Counted from the stretch's first letter, positions 1 through 9,672 are shown. The stretch is DNA of 64,000 nucleotides from an uncultured delta proteobacterium (GCA_963845515.1 CAWJSR010000049.1:1-64000); one strand, 5' to 3'. The notes: generated by a model not told the origin, from the letters alone. Numbers and translations: made by a program.

Positions 1-467
1 ACGGAGAGGCCTACGTCGAGCCCCGGGAGCGCGAGCGGCGTCGTCGTGACGCGGTCGGACGGCAGGAAGTAGCGGGTCTCGTCGAAGACGTCGTACGTCG
101 GGAGGAGCGTCTTCCGCCCCACGGCCGCGACGCGCCCGCCCTCGACCAGCGCCAGGGAGTTGTAGATGCCGGGCGGTGGGGCCCCGGCGGCCGCCTCGGG
201 GTACCCGATCAGGAGGGACAGCTCGGCGGAGAGCTCGACGTCCCCTGCCAGCTCCTCCAGCGTCGCGCTGGCGCGCGCGACGAACTCGGGCAGGTCCAGG
301 AAGTCGCGGGGAGGGTAGCCGCAGAGCGTCAGCTCCGGGAAGAGGACCAACCGCGCGCCCGCGCTGCGAGCCACGGCAGCCGCGGCACGGACCTTGAGCG
401 CGTTGCCGACGTAGTCACCTACGGTGGTGTCGATCTGCGCGAGCGCGATTCGGACGGGGCCGGACAC
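1..467 (-). CDS. nadE: Glutamine-dependent NAD+ synthetase, N-terminal nitrilase/CN-hydrolase domain (runs off the window start)
   Basis: Manual minus-strand translation from GTG at 467: MSGPVRIALAQIDTTVGDYVGNA...LVLFPELTLCGYPPRD...IYNS...RKTLLPTYDVFDETRYF. These are typical NadE glutaminase-domain motifs. Absent from the ORF track because it is truncated. Confidence 0.85.
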   Translation of the reverse strand, partial: MSGPVRIALAQIDTTVGDYVGNALKVRAAAAVARSAGARLVLFPELTLCGYPPRDFLDLPEFVARASATLEELAGDVELSAELSLLIGYPEAAAGAPPPGIYNSLALVEGGRVAAVGRKTLLPTYDVFDETRYFLPSDRVTTTPLALPGLDVGLS

Positions 468-579
468 GGCGCGATGCTACCATCAACGGCCTGCCGCGGC
501 CGTCGGTCCGGGGCACCCGTCCGGAGGACTCGAAGTGCTCTCGCCTCGCCAATGCCTCCGGGTCGCAGCAGCGTCGGGA

Positions 580-1536
580 GTGACGCGCGCGCTGGCCGCA
601 CTCGCCCTCGCGGCCGCCGCCGGCTGTCACCGCGCGCCGCCCGTGGGGGTGGAGCCGGTGCGCTTCTACGTGGCCCCCGGCCTCCCTGGTGAGCTGGTCG
701 CGGAGCTGGCCCGGGGCTTCGAGATCGCCAAGCCGGTGCTCGTCGACCGCATCGACGGCGCGGAGGTGGCGTGGCTCCCAGACCCGGCGGCGGCGCTCGC
801 GCTCGGCGACCTCGCGCAGCCCGGAAGCGCGCCCGAGCAGCCGGGCCTCCCGGACGTCTTCGCCAATCCCCGGCGCCGGTTCGCGCCGGTCGGCGCCACC
901 GCGCGCGTGATCATCTGGGCGTCGAAGGCTGCCCCCGCGTTCGCGCCCGACGAGCTGCGCGAGCTCGCGGACCCGCGCCTCAGGGGGAAGGTGGCGATGG
1001 CGCGGCTCGATCGGCGAGCCGGTGCGCTGCTGCTGGGCGCCCTGGAGCTCGGCTACGGTGAGCGCGGTGCGAGCGGCTGGCTGGACAAGCTCGCCGCGAA
1101 CCAGCCGGTCCTCGCGGAGAGCGACGCCGAAGTGGTCGCGCGGGTCGAGGCCGGGTCGGCGCAGGTCGGACTCACCGACTCGTTGACCGCCGGCCAGGCG
1201 GCTGGGCGCGGGGGGCTGCGCATCGTCTTCCCCGACCAGGAGGGAAAGGGCTGCGTGGCGGTCCCCACGGCGCTCGTGGTGCTGCCGGGCGCAGGTACGC
1301 CGGCACGGAAGTTCTCGGCCTGGCTCACGGGGCCGACCGCGGAGCAGGTGCTCGTCGACCGCGTGGTCGGGTTGCTGCCGCTGCGCGCAGGGGCGACGGC
1401 GCCGGACGGGATGCTGCCGGCGTGGAAGCTCTCGACCCTCACCCTCGACTGGAGCGCGCTCGCCGAGCGGGTGGCGCCGTGGACGGCGCGGCTTCAGGGG
1501 TGGCCAGCGCCGGGCAGCAGCGGCGCGGGTCGTTAG
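580..1536 (+). CDS. Periplasmic solute-binding lipoprotein (Fe3+/AfuA-like family)
   Basis: ORF 424..1536, with a more plausible GTG start at 580 giving lipobox AAAGC. Motifs ELADPRLRGKVAMA, VARVEAGSAQVGLTD and IVFPDQ resemble iron-binding SBPs. No permease gene is adjacent. Confidence 0.65.
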   Translation: MTRALAALALAAAAGCHRAPPVGVEPVRFYVAPGLPGELVAELARGFEIAKPVLVDRIDGAEVAWLPDPAAALALGDLAQPGSAPEQPGLPDVFANPRRRFAPVGATARVIIWASKAAPAFAPDELRELADPRLRGKVAMARLDRRAGALLLGALELGYGERGASGWLDKLAANQPVLAESDAEVVARVEAGSAQVGLTDSLTAGQAAGRGGLRIVFPDQEGKGCVAVPTALVVLPGAGTPARKFSAWLTGPTAEQVLVDRVVGLLPLRAGATAPDGMLPAWKLSTLTLDWSALAERVAPWTARLQGWPAPGSSGAGR

Positions 1537-1633
1537 GCGCTCGTCTTTGCTGGCCCCATCAGGGGTGTCCGTAGGGGCCAGGAGGGGCAAGTTCTGCCAA
1601 TCGACATCAAATTCCCTTGTGAAAGTAGCCGCT

Positions 1634-1649
1634 TGCAAAAATTTTTGCA
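1634..1649. promoter_or_regulatory. Perfect 16-bp AT-rich palindrome TGCAAAAATTTTTGCA, candidate transcription-factor site
   Basis: Perfect inverted repeat in an AT-rich intergenic stretch about 145 bp upstream of the LuxR-type gene. Confidence 0.5.
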
Positions 1650-1793
1650 CCGGGGGTGGCATCCGAGCGGGGCGTTGTTAATGTCGTGTGTGCCGAACGG
1701 GACGACCTCAGTGGGATGCATCGCCTCACGAAAAAGGGTCGCTCACGGGTCGGAGGTACGACAACCGCAGCTAGATGGGGGGAAGGAAGCGCC

Positions 1794-2120
1794 ATGGCAC
1801 AGATCGACATCGAGATCCTGACGCCGTTCGCTCAGAAGTTCATGGAGGGGACGTCGCTCACACCAGCGGAGCGAGCCGAGGTCCTCCGCATCGCGCAGGG
1901 CTTCGCCTGCAAGGACTCCGCAGCCGCTGCGGGCGTCTCGCCCGAGACCATCCGCGCCCGTCGCAAGCGCATCTACCGCAAGCTCGACGTCCCGGGCTCT
2001 GGCGAGCTCCTCGCCACGCTGCTCTCGATGTCCCTCGACATGCTGGCCCGCGGCGAGCGGATCGAGCGCCGCCCGATGCCGCAGGTCCAGGCCGGCATGC
2101 AGCAGGCCGTGCGCGTATAG
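1794..2120 (+). CDS. Stand-alone LuxR/GerE-type helix-turn-helix regulator
   Basis: LTPAERAEVLRIAQG...AAAAGVSPETIRARRKRIYRKLDV matches the LuxR HTH. RBS GGAAGGAAG precedes ATG 1794. No receiver domain. Confidence 0.8.
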   Translation: MAQIDIEILTPFAQKFMEGTSLTPAERAEVLRIAQGFACKDSAAAAGVSPETIRARRKRIYRKLDVPGSGELLATLLSMSLDMLARGERIERRPMPQVQAGMQQAVRV

Positions 2121-2135
2121 CACCTCTCCACCCGA

Positions 2136-2170
2136 CCTCCCCCGCGCGCCGTGAAGGCGCGCGGGGGAGG
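2136..2170. repeat. Perfect 15-bp-stem hairpin (REP-like palindrome or terminator)
   Basis: CCTCCCCCGCGCGCC-GTGAA-GGCGCGCGGGGGAGG, preceded by CTCTCCACCCGA, which resembles the leaders of the other REP-like copies. Confidence 0.6.
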
Positions 2171-2178
2171 GGATTGAC

Positions 2179-2571
2179 TTGACTCCAAAGCAGCGAGCAG
2201 GCCATCGCGAAGCGCTCGAGCGCCAGCGCGAGGAGCTGGTCCGCACGGGCCCGGCGAAGATCGAGCCCAACAGGACCGATCTGGCGAGCACTGGCGTGCC
2301 CGACGAGGACGCCCAGGCGCTCTCCGAGATGCTCCAGGTGCTCGCGTCGCAGCGGAATCGCGGGCAGGCGGAGCTGCTGGGCAAGATAGACCGGGCGCTG
2401 CGCAAGCTGCGCGAAGCCCCCGACGACTACGGGCTCTGCGAAGACTGCGAAGAGCCGATCTCGCCCAGGCGGCTCGTCCTGGTCCCCCACGCCCAGCTCT
2501 GCTCCGCCTGCCAGTCGAAGCGCGATCCTCCGCGCGGCGGGGCGCGGAAGAAGCTGACGGACTTCAAGTAG
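2179..2571 (+). CDS. TraR/DksA C4-type zinc-finger protein
   Basis: Coiled coil followed by DYGLCEDCEEPISPRRLVLVPHAQLCSACQ. Confidence 0.85.
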   Translation: MTPKQRAGHREALERQREELVRTGPAKIEPNRTDLASTGVPDEDAQALSEMLQVLASQRNRGQAELLGKIDRALRKLREAPDDYGLCEDCEEPISPRRLVLVPHAQLCSACQSKRDPPRGGARKKLTDFK

Positions 2572-2596
2572 GTCGCTCCCTCACCCTGACCACTCC

Positions 2597-3529
2597 CTAG
2601 AGCAGCATCTCGATCGTGAGCCCGAGGATCGTGTCGGTGGCGACCTTGCCGGCGGCGGGCGTGCTGTCGTGGTTCAACTGGAACGAGGCGCCGAACGAGA
2701 GCGACTCGGTGAGGCGCGAGGAGAGCTTCGCGGTGCTGTTGACCACGACGCGTCCGGCCCCGACGACGTTCGGCATGATCTCCGCGTCCTCGGTGAACAG
2801 GACGTTCTTGTTGAGCGCGTACTTGAAGGAGAGGCCGAGCCGCGGGGCGTAGAGGGTCACGGTGTCCAGCGGCCCACTCTCCGCGGGCGGGACCGGGTAG
2901 TAGTCGAAGCGGTTCTCCTGCGCCCAGCGGAACCCGAGGTCGGTCCGGAGCGACGTCTTCCAGCCGGAGGGGGCGCTGGCGTCGACCCAGGTGATCGACG
3001 CTCCGGCCTCGGCCGTGTAGCGGATCTCGACCGCCTTCACGTGGTCGGTGTCGCCGGCGACCAGCAGGTAGCCCGTGTAGCGGTCGTGGAACTTCCGGTC
3101 CATCCTCGCCTGGACGCCGGCTCCCTGCGCGACCGTCTGCGTGGAGGTTCCGTCGGGCGGCCGGTTCTGGCCGTAGACGGCGCCCCCCTTCAGCCCGAGG
3201 ATCCAGCCGTCGCTCTTCCGCTCCGCGGCCCCTGTGGCGTTGAAGGTGACGCTCCTCGAGTTGCCGGTGAGTGATATGAGGCCGACGCCGATGGTCCCGG
3301 TCCACTTCTTCTTCGGCGCCGCCGCCGCTGCCGCTGCCGCCGACGCCCCCGCGGGTGCCGGCCTCGACGCTCCGACGGCGGCGACGGCCGCCTCGGCCGC
3401 CTTCTGCGCCGCCTCCGCTGCCGTCTGGGCGGCGGCTGCCGCCCTCTCGGCAGCGACCGCGGCCCTCTCGGCCGCGTCAGGCTCTGCGATCAGCGACGAG
3501 GCGAGCAACAGCGCGAGCGAGACACTCAT
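2597..3529 (-). CDS. DUF481/YdiY-family outer-membrane beta-barrel protein
   Basis: Signal peptide MSVSLALLLASS, Ala-rich linker, then KKWTGTIGVGLISLTGNSRS and alternating beta-strand pattern through ...PAAGKVATDTILGLTIEMLL. Confidence 0.7.
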   Translation of the reverse strand: MSVSLALLLASSLIAEPDAAERAAVAAERAAAAAQTAAEAAQKAAEAAVAAVGASRPAPAGASAAAAAAAAPKKKWTGTIGVGLISLTGNSRSVTFNATGAAERKSDGWILGLKGGAVYGQNRPPDGTSTQTVAQGAGVQARMDRKFHDRYTGYLLVAGDTDHVKAVEIRYTAEAGASITWVDASAPSGWKTSLRTDLGFRWAQENRFDYYPVPPAESGPLDTVTLYAPRLGLSFKYALNKNVLFTEDAEIMPNVVGAGRVVVNSTAKLSSRLTESLSFGASFQLNHDSTPAAGKVATDTILGLTIEMLL

Positions 3530-3726
3530 GGTGACCCTCCTCCGGCTCCGGGCTTCGCCGGAGCGATGCGGCCGCGTGCGCGGCGCGAGCTGAAGCTGGA
3601 TTCTCTCTCGCCGCCTCGTGAGGTGGAGGATCGCGCGGGTAGAAATTGGGGCGTGCGCGCGCCGTCGCACCCCGCCGCGACGCGACCGGGACTAAAAGGG
3701 AAGGACGTCCACGGAGGGGAAACACC

Positions 3727-5976
3727 ATGGCGGACTCGATGGCGCGCCATCGCTGGCGCTTTCACCGGCTCGGTGGGCTGGACCAGGTCTCGCTCGGCAC
3801 CGGCGCCGATCTCGCCCACCTCGGCGAGCTCGACCCGAAGCTCTGGGTGGCGCTCGGGTGCCCCACGCGCGGCCTGGAGCTGGATCCGCGGACGCTCGAG
3901 TACCTCGACTCCGACAAGGACGCACGGGTTCGCGTCCCCGAGGTCCTCGCCGCGATCCGCTGGTGCTCCACCCGGCTCGGCGACCTCGGTTCGCTGATTC
4001 CGGGCGCCGACGCCCTGCCGCTCTCCGCCATCTCGACGGCGACGCCCGAGGGGAGGGCGCTCCTCGGCGCGGCGCGCCAGATCCTGGCCGCGGCCGGAAA
4101 GGCGGAGGCTTCGGAGGTCCGGGTCGCCGAGGTGGGCGACCTCTCCCACGTCTTCGATGGGACGCTCCTCAACGGTGACGGGATCGTGGCGCCCGACGCG
4201 GCCGGGGATCCCCAGACGCGGCAGGTGATCGTGGACGCGATCGCCTGCGCCGGCTCGGAGCCAGATCGGTCGGGCCAGCCCGGCATCGGCAGCGCGAAGC
4301 TCGACGCCTTCTGGGTGCAGCTGCGCGCCTACGCCGACTGGTGGGCCAGGGCGCAGGCGACCCCGGAGGTGCTCGCGCTCGGCGACGCGACCCCCGAGGC
4401 GCACGCCTGCTTCGCGCCGGTCCGGGCGCGGATCGACGACTACTTCGCCCGGTGCGGGCTCGCGGCGGTCGACCCCCGCGCCGTCGGCTGGCTCGGCCGG
4501 ACAGAGGCGGAGTGGACCGCCCTCGGCGCGAAGGACCTCTCTGCGGGCAGCGAGGCCGCGCACTTCCCCCTCGCGCGCATCGAGCCGGGGAGGCCGCTGC
4601 CCCTCGAGGAGGGGGTCAACCCGGCGTGGCGCCCGGCGCTCGAGCAGCTCCGCCGGAACGTCGTCACCCCGCTCCTGGGCGCGGAGAAGCGGAGCCTCAC
4701 CGCCGCCGAGTGGGAGACGATCAAGGCGAAGCTCGCTCCCTTCGAGGTGCATCTCGCGGCGAAGGCGGGCACGGCGGTGGAGGGGCTGGGGCTGGCCCGG
4801 GTGAAGGCGCTCCTCGCCGGGAACGGCAAGGCGTCGGTCGAGGAGCTCATCGCGCAGGACAAGGCGCTGGAGGCCGAGGCGAACGCGATCGGGGACGTCG
4901 CGCGGCTCGTCCACTACATGCGCGACCTGCACACGGTGCTGAGGAACTTCGTCTCGTTCGCCGACTTCTACGACCCGGATCGGATGGGGGTCTTCCAGGC
5001 TGGGACGCTCTACCTCGACGCGCGCAGCTGCGACCTGTGCGTCCGCGTGGACGATCCCGCCGCCCACGCCGCCATCGCCGCGAAGTCTAGGCTCTACCTG
5101 GCCTACTGCGAGTGCCGGCGGCCGGGCGAGTCGATGAAGGTCGCGGCCTGCTTCACGCAGGGCGACTCGGACTTCCTGGCGGTGGGGCGCAACGGGATCT
5201 TCTACGACCGCAGCGGGCAGGACTGGGACGCGACGATCGTGAAGGTCGTCGAGAACCCGATCAGCCTTCGCGAGGCCTTCTGGTCGCCCTACACGAAGTT
5301 CGTGCGCTTCATCGAGGACCAGGCCCAGCGCTTCGCCGCCGCACGCGACAAGGAGGCCGACACCCGGTTCGCCGCGGGCGCCACCGGGGCGGCGGCGGCG
5401 GTGACCGGCGCCGCTCCGCCCCAGGCGCAGCCGGTGGACGTTGGCAAGATGGTCGGCATCATCGCAGCCCTCGGCGTCGGCGTCGGCGCGCTCGGCGCGC
5501 TGCTGGGCGGCTTCGTCTCGGGCTTCATGGAGCTGGAGCCGTGGTGGACGAAGCTCGTCGCGCTGGGCGGCGTGGTGCTCGTCATCTCGGGCCCGTCGAT
5601 GCTCCTCGCATGGCTCAAGCTGCGCCAGCGGAACCTGGGCCCGGTGCTCGACGCGAACGGCTGGGCGATCAACGGCCGGGTGAAGATCAACGTGCCGCTG
5701 GGGACGGCGCTCACCGACCGGGCGGTCCTCCCGCGCGGCGCGCAGCGATCGCTCGCAGACCCGTTCGTCGACAGGGCCGCGGCTGGTCGCCGGCGGCTCG
5801 TCTGGCTGCTCGCGATCGTGCTGGCCGCGGGGCTGGTCGTCGCGAAGCGGCAGGGGCTCTGGCCCTTCGCGCCCGCGCAGCCGCCCCCAACGCAGGCCGC
5901 CCCGGACACGAGGCCGCTGCCGCCGCCCCCGGCGCACGCTCCAGCCATCAGGCCGGCGCCTCCCAACGGGCGGTGA
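3727..5976 (+). CDS. Large conserved hypothetical membrane protein with EF-hand-like loops
   Basis: 749-aa ORF with RBS GGAGGGA and strong coding-type codon usage. DSDKDARVRVPE and NGDGIV loops, about 3 C-terminal TM helices and a Pro-rich tail. Confidence 0.7.
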   Translation: MADSMARHRWRFHRLGGLDQVSLGTGADLAHLGELDPKLWVALGCPTRGLELDPRTLEYLDSDKDARVRVPEVLAAIRWCSTRLGDLGSLIPGADALPLSAISTATPEGRALLGAARQILAAAGKAEASEVRVAEVGDLSHVFDGTLLNGDGIVAPDAAGDPQTRQVIVDAIACAGSEPDRSGQPGIGSAKLDAFWVQLRAYADWWARAQATPEVLALGDATPEAHACFAPVRARIDDYFARCGLAAVDPRAVGWLGRTEAEWTALGAKDLSAGSEAAHFPLARIEPGRPLPLEEGVNPAWRPALEQLRRNVVTPLLGAEKRSLTAAEWETIKAKLAPFEVHLAAKAGTAVEGLGLARVKALLAGNGKASVEELIAQDKALEAEANAIGDVARLVHYMRDLHTVLRNFVSFADFYDPDRMGVFQAGTLYLDARSCDLCVRVDDPAAHAAIAAKSRLYLAYCECRRPGESMKVAACFTQGDSDFLAVGRNGIFYDRSGQDWDATIVKVVENPISLREAFWSPYTKFVRFIEDQAQRFAAARDKEADTRFAAGATGAAAAVTGAAPPQAQPVDVGKMVGIIAALGVGVGALGALLGGFVSGFMELEPWWTKLVALGGVVLVISGPSMLLAWLKLRQRNLGPVLDANGWAINGRVKINVPLGTALTDRAVLPRGAQRSLADPFVDRAAAGRRRLVWLLAIVLAAGLVVAKRQGLWPFAPAQPPPTQAAPDTRPLPPPPAHAPAIRPAPPNGR

Positions 5977-6020
5977 ACACTCGTACGAGGCACCCATCCT
6001 GCAACCGAGGTCGCCAGCCG

Positions 6021-6056
6021 TTGCCGGCGCCCGGCCACGAGAGTATTACGTACGTA
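6021..6056 (+). promoter_or_regulatory. Sigma70-like promoter (TTGCCG-N17-TATTAC) with operator palindrome TACGTACGTA over the antitoxin start
   Basis: -35 at 6021-6026 and -10 at 6044-6049. The perfect 10-bp palindrome at 6047-6056 ends on the A of the ATG. Confidence 0.55.
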
Positions 6057-6313
6057 TGGCCAAGCCAGCATCGAGGAGCGTGCAGACGTTCCGCGTGTCT
6101 CGCGACCTGCTGCGACGGGTGGCGAAGCTCGACGGCCTGAAGCCGGGTGAGTGGGTTCGGCTGACCGTGGAGCGGGTCGCGCGCGAGCGGCTCGCCGAGG
6201 CCGAGCGCGAGGCCGCGGCGGGGAGGATCCGGCGCGCCATCTACACGGGCGACTGGGTGGACGACGATCCGAAGGTCGCGGAGTGGGCTGACCGCATCCG
6301 GCACAAGGCGTGA
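6056..6313 (+). CDS. Putative antitoxin with ribbon-helix-helix-like N-terminus
   Basis: 85 aa, with SVQTFRVSRDLLRRV (strand then helix). Its stop overlaps the PIN toxin start (GTGA). Confidence 0.65.
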   Translation: MAKPASRSVQTFRVSRDLLRRVAKLDGLKPGEWVRLTVERVARERLAEAEREAAAGRIRRAIYTGDWVDDDPKVAEWADRIRHKA

Positions 6314-6741
6314 CGGCGCTCCGCGTCGTTTTCGACACGAGCGTACTGCTCGCGGCGGTCAGGACACCCAACCGACGGTCGGCCTCCTGCGTGCTGACCA
6401 GCATGGTGGGGAGCGGGGACCTCGAGGCGATCATCTCCGCGCCCATCGCGGAGGAGTACCTTCGGAAGGCCGCCGACCCCGAGGTCCTTGCCGCCTCGAA
6501 CGTGCCCGACCCGGTGCGCTTCGCGCTCGACTTCATCACCCTGGCGGAGGCGGTCGAGCCCGTGCAGGTGCGAGCCGTGAAGCAGGATCCATCCGACGAC
6601 ATGTACCTCGGGACGGCGCTCGGTGGCCGCGCTGGCTACGTCGTCACGTTCGACAAGGCGCACCTGCTGCCGCTCGATCCGTTCCGGGGCGTGCGGATCG
6701 TGACGCCGGGGATGTTGCTGGCGGTGTTCCGCGAGAGGTGA
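6310..6741 (+). CDS. PIN-domain toxin (VapC-like, PIN_3 type)
   Basis: RVVFDTSVLLAA...EEY...DPSDDMYLGTALGGRAGYVVTFDKAHLL carries the PIN acidic residues. Confidence 0.85.
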   Translation: MTALRVVFDTSVLLAAVRTPNRRSASCVLTSMVGSGDLEAIISAPIAEEYLRKAADPEVLAASNVPDPVRFALDFITLAEAVEPVQVRAVKQDPSDDMYLGTALGGRAGYVVTFDKAHLLPLDPFRGVRIVTPGMLLAVFRER

Positions 6742-6753
6742 CGGCCTCGCACC

Positions 6754-7480
6754 TCACGTTCCCGCCAAGCCGCGGGCGGCGCGCGCCCGCAGCCATGGCC
6801 AGAGCGTCCACGCCGGCGCCGCCGCCCAAAGGATCCAGCCGAGGGCCGAGATCGTCCCGCCGATCCCGCGGCAGTGGTCGCGCACGCCCAGCATTCCGAG
6901 CATGTTCCACCAGTCGTGCGAGTCCTCGTCAAGTGCGAGGAGCGGCAGCACCCGGGCCGAGGCGTCGGCGGCGTAGCGCCCGACGTCCACCAGGTTGAAG
7001 CCGAGCCAGACGACCGCCACGGCGAAGGGGGCCGCGCGGCGCACGCGCGCGAAGCTCACCGCGGCCGCGATCGGGAACGCCGCCTGCGCGAGGGTGCCGC
7101 CGAGGTACGTGAGGAAGCGCAGGCCGAGGATCCCGAGGATCGGGTGGCCCGCCTCGTGGAAGACCAGGTCTGCGCCGGCGACGGCCGCCGCGAAGAAGCC
7201 GCGCGTCAGGTACGCACGCGAGGAACGCCGCGAGGAGTGCAGCTCCGACCGCCTCCGGGCCGGCGGGTGCGGGGAAGCGCGGCCAGCGCTCCGGGTCCGA
7301 CCCCGACGGAGCGGGCGCGCTGCCCCCCGGCTCGGATTCGACGAGGAGCCCGTCGGCGACCAGGTCGGTACCGCAGCGCGGACAGTGGTGCGGTAGGGTA
7401 GCCGGCGCGCGCTCGCCGCCGTACACGCGGGCGAGGCCGCACGCGGGGCAAGAGACCCGGACCGGTTCGTCCTGCGTCAT
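6754..7480 (-). CDS. Zinc-ribbon plus HExxH membrane protein (M50B-like peptidase); apparent frameshift near 7213
   Basis: N-terminus MTQDEPVRVSCPACG...HHCPRCG continues in another frame as YLTRGFFAAAVAGADLVFHEAGHPILGILG...SHDWWNML. One indel rejoins the two parts. Confidence 0.6.
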
Positions 7481-7560
7481 CGGCCGAGCGTAGCAGCTTC
7501 GCTGCGATGCTCGTCGCGCCGCGGATCGGGCTCCCTGCCGCGGTGCGCGGGCTGCGACGT

Positions 7561-9576
7561 CTACTTCCGCTCCGCCAGCCACCCCTCGACCTTCGCGGCC
7601 ACCTTTGCCGGCGTGAAGCCGAAGAGCTCGACCAGCGCCTTCTCCGGCGCGCTCTCGCCGAACCGATCGATGCCGATGACGAGGCCGTCGCGGCCGACGT
7701 ACTTCCACCACTCGATGCCGCGGGCGGCCTCGATGGCGCAGAGGGCGTGGGAGGGCGGGAGGACGGCGTCCCGGTACGCCGCGGGCTGGGCCTCGAAGCA
7801 CTGGAGGCACGGGATCGAGGCGAGCCGCGCCTTGATCCCCTTCTGCGCGAGCAGGTCGATGGCCTGCGATGCGAGCCCCACCTCGGAGCCCGTCGCCAGG
7901 ATCGTGACCCTCGCGGCCGCGTCCTCGCGGACGACGTAGCCGCCCTTGGCGAAGTCGGCGGCGTCGAATGGCCTGGTCCGGGCCACGGCCGGGATCTTCT
8001 GGCGGGTGAGGATGAGCGCGGTCGGGCCGTCGCGCCGCGTGAGGGCGTGCGCAAGCGCCGCCGCCGACTCCTCGCCGTCGAACGGACGGACGACGTGGAG
8101 GTTCGGGATGGCGCGGAGCGCGGTCAGGTGCTCGATCGGCTGGTGGGTCGGGCCGTCCTCGCCGAGGAAGACCGAGTCGTGGGTCCAGACGTAGATCGAC
8201 TGGAGCCTGGCGAGGGCGGCGAGCCGGACAGACGGGCGCATGTAGTCGGCGAACTGCAGAAAGGTGGCGCTCATCGGGACGAAGAGCCCGTCGTACGCGA
8301 GCCCGTTGGCGATGGCCCCCATCGCGTGCTCGCGGATGCCGTAGTGGATGTTCCGCCCGCCGAACTTGCCGGGGGCGACCGAGCCGCCGCCCTTGATCTC
8401 GCTGAGGTTCGATTCGGCGAGGTCCGCGGAGCCGCTGACGAGCGCAGGGACGATCTGCCCGGCCTTCTGGATGGCCGCCTGGTTCAGCTTGCGCGTCGCC
8501 TCGGCGCCGGCGGCGCCGTCGAGCAGGCGGGCCGCGATGGCCTCGGGGACGTACCGCTCGACGTGCGCGTCGAGGAGGGCCGCCTTCTCGGGGTTCTCCT
8601 TGCGCCACTCCTGCTCGCGCTTCTTCGCCGCGGCGTAGACCGCCTTCTTGCCGGCGATCACGCCGGCCCACAGGTCGCGGACGTCCGCCGGCACGTGGAA
8701 GCGCGGCTCGAGCGGCCAGCCGAGGTTCTGCTTCGTCGCGGCCAGCTCCTCCTCACCCAGCGCGGCACCGTGGCTGGAGGACTTGCCCGCCTTGTTGGGC
8801 GAGCCGAAGCCGATGGTGGTCTTCACGCGGATGAGGCTGGGGCGGACCGTCTCCGCCTTGGCCGCCTGGATCGCCCCGTCGATCCCGTCGTGATCGCGGC
8901 CGTCCACCGACTGGACGTGCCAGCCCTGCCCCTCGAACCGCTCGGTGATGTCCTCCTCCGTGAAGGTGAGGTCGGTCTTGCCGTCGATGGTGATGCCGTT
9001 GTCGTCGTAGAGGGCGATGAGCCGGCCGAGCCGGTGGTGGCCGGCGAAGCTGGCCGCCTCGTAGGAGACGCCCTCCATGAGATCGCCGTCGCCGCACTCG
9101 ACGAAGACGTGGTGTCCCTCGACCGGATTGCCGGGGCCGAGCCGCGCCGACAGCATCGCCTGCCCGAGCGCGAAGCCGACCGCGTTGGCGAACCCCTGGC
9201 CGAGCGGGCCGCTCGTGATCTCGATCCCCGGGAGCATGCCGAACTCGGGGTGGCCGGCGGTCCTGGCGTGGAGCTGGCGGAAGCGCTTCAGCTCGTCGAG
9301 GGGGACGGCGTACCCGGCGAGGTGGAGCATCGAGTAGAGGAGCATCGACCCGTGGCCGCCGGAGAGGATGAAGCGGTCGCGGCCGATCCAGCGCGGGTCC
9401 TCCGGGTTGAAGCGCAGGTGGCGCGTGAAGAGGACGTGGGCCAGGTCGGCCGTCCCCATCGGCATGCCGGGGTGGCCGCTGTTGGCCTGCTGGACGGCGT
9501 CCGCCGCCAGCATCCGGATGGTGTTGATCGCCTGCTGCTCCAGCTCGTCGTGGACCGTGGGCACGTGCGCCTCCAT
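7561..9576 (-). CDS. tkt: Transketolase
   Basis: ANSGHPGMPMG, RDRFILSGGHGS, GDGDLMEG (ThDP motif), YGIREHAM, THDSVFLGEDGPTHQP. Confidence 0.97.
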   Translation of the reverse strand: MEAHVPTVHDELEQQAINTIRMLAADAVQQANSGHPGMPMGTADLAHVLFTRHLRFNPEDPRWIGRDRFILSGGHGSMLLYSMLHLAGYAVPLDELKRFRQLHARTAGHPEFGMLPGIEITSGPLGQGFANAVGFALGQAMLSARLGPGNPVEGHHVFVECGDGDLMEGVSYEAASFAGHHRLGRLIALYDDNGITIDGKTDLTFTEEDITERFEGQGWHVQSVDGRDHDGIDGAIQAAKAETVRPSLIRVKTTIGFGSPNKAGKSSSHGAALGEEELAATKQNLGWPLEPRFHVPADVRDLWAGVIAGKKAVYAAAKKREQEWRKENPEKAALLDAHVERYVPEAIAARLLDGAAGAEATRKLNQAAIQKAGQIVPALVSGSADLAESNLSEIKGGGSVAPGKFGGRNIHYGIREHAMGAIANGLAYDGLFVPMSATFLQFADYMRPSVRLAALARLQSIYVWTHDSVFLGEDGPTHQPIEHLTALRAIPNLHVVRPFDGEESAAALAHALTRRDGPTALILTRQKIPAVARTRPFDAADFAKGGYVVREDAAARVTILATGSEVGLASQAIDLLAQKGIKARLASIPCLQCFEAQPAAYRDAVLPPSHALCAIEAARGIEWWKYVGRDGLVIGIDRFGESAPEKALVELFGFTPAKVAAKVEGWLAERK

Positions 9577-9625
9577 GGGAGGCGCGCAACATCGCGCAGG
9601 CGGGTTGGGAGATCAAGGGCGCCAC

Positions 9626-9672
9626 TTGACCTGAATGAAGCGACCGCTTAAGGATGTTAAGCACATGCTCAA
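9626..9672 (+). promoter_or_regulatory. TTGACC -35 box plus two tandem TetR-type operators (TGAAGC-N4-GCTTAA and TTAAGC-N4-GCTCAA)
   Basis: Two related 16-bp imperfect palindromes at 9636-9651 and 9657-9672, with centres 21 bp apart. The second covers ATG 9665. Confidence 0.65.
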
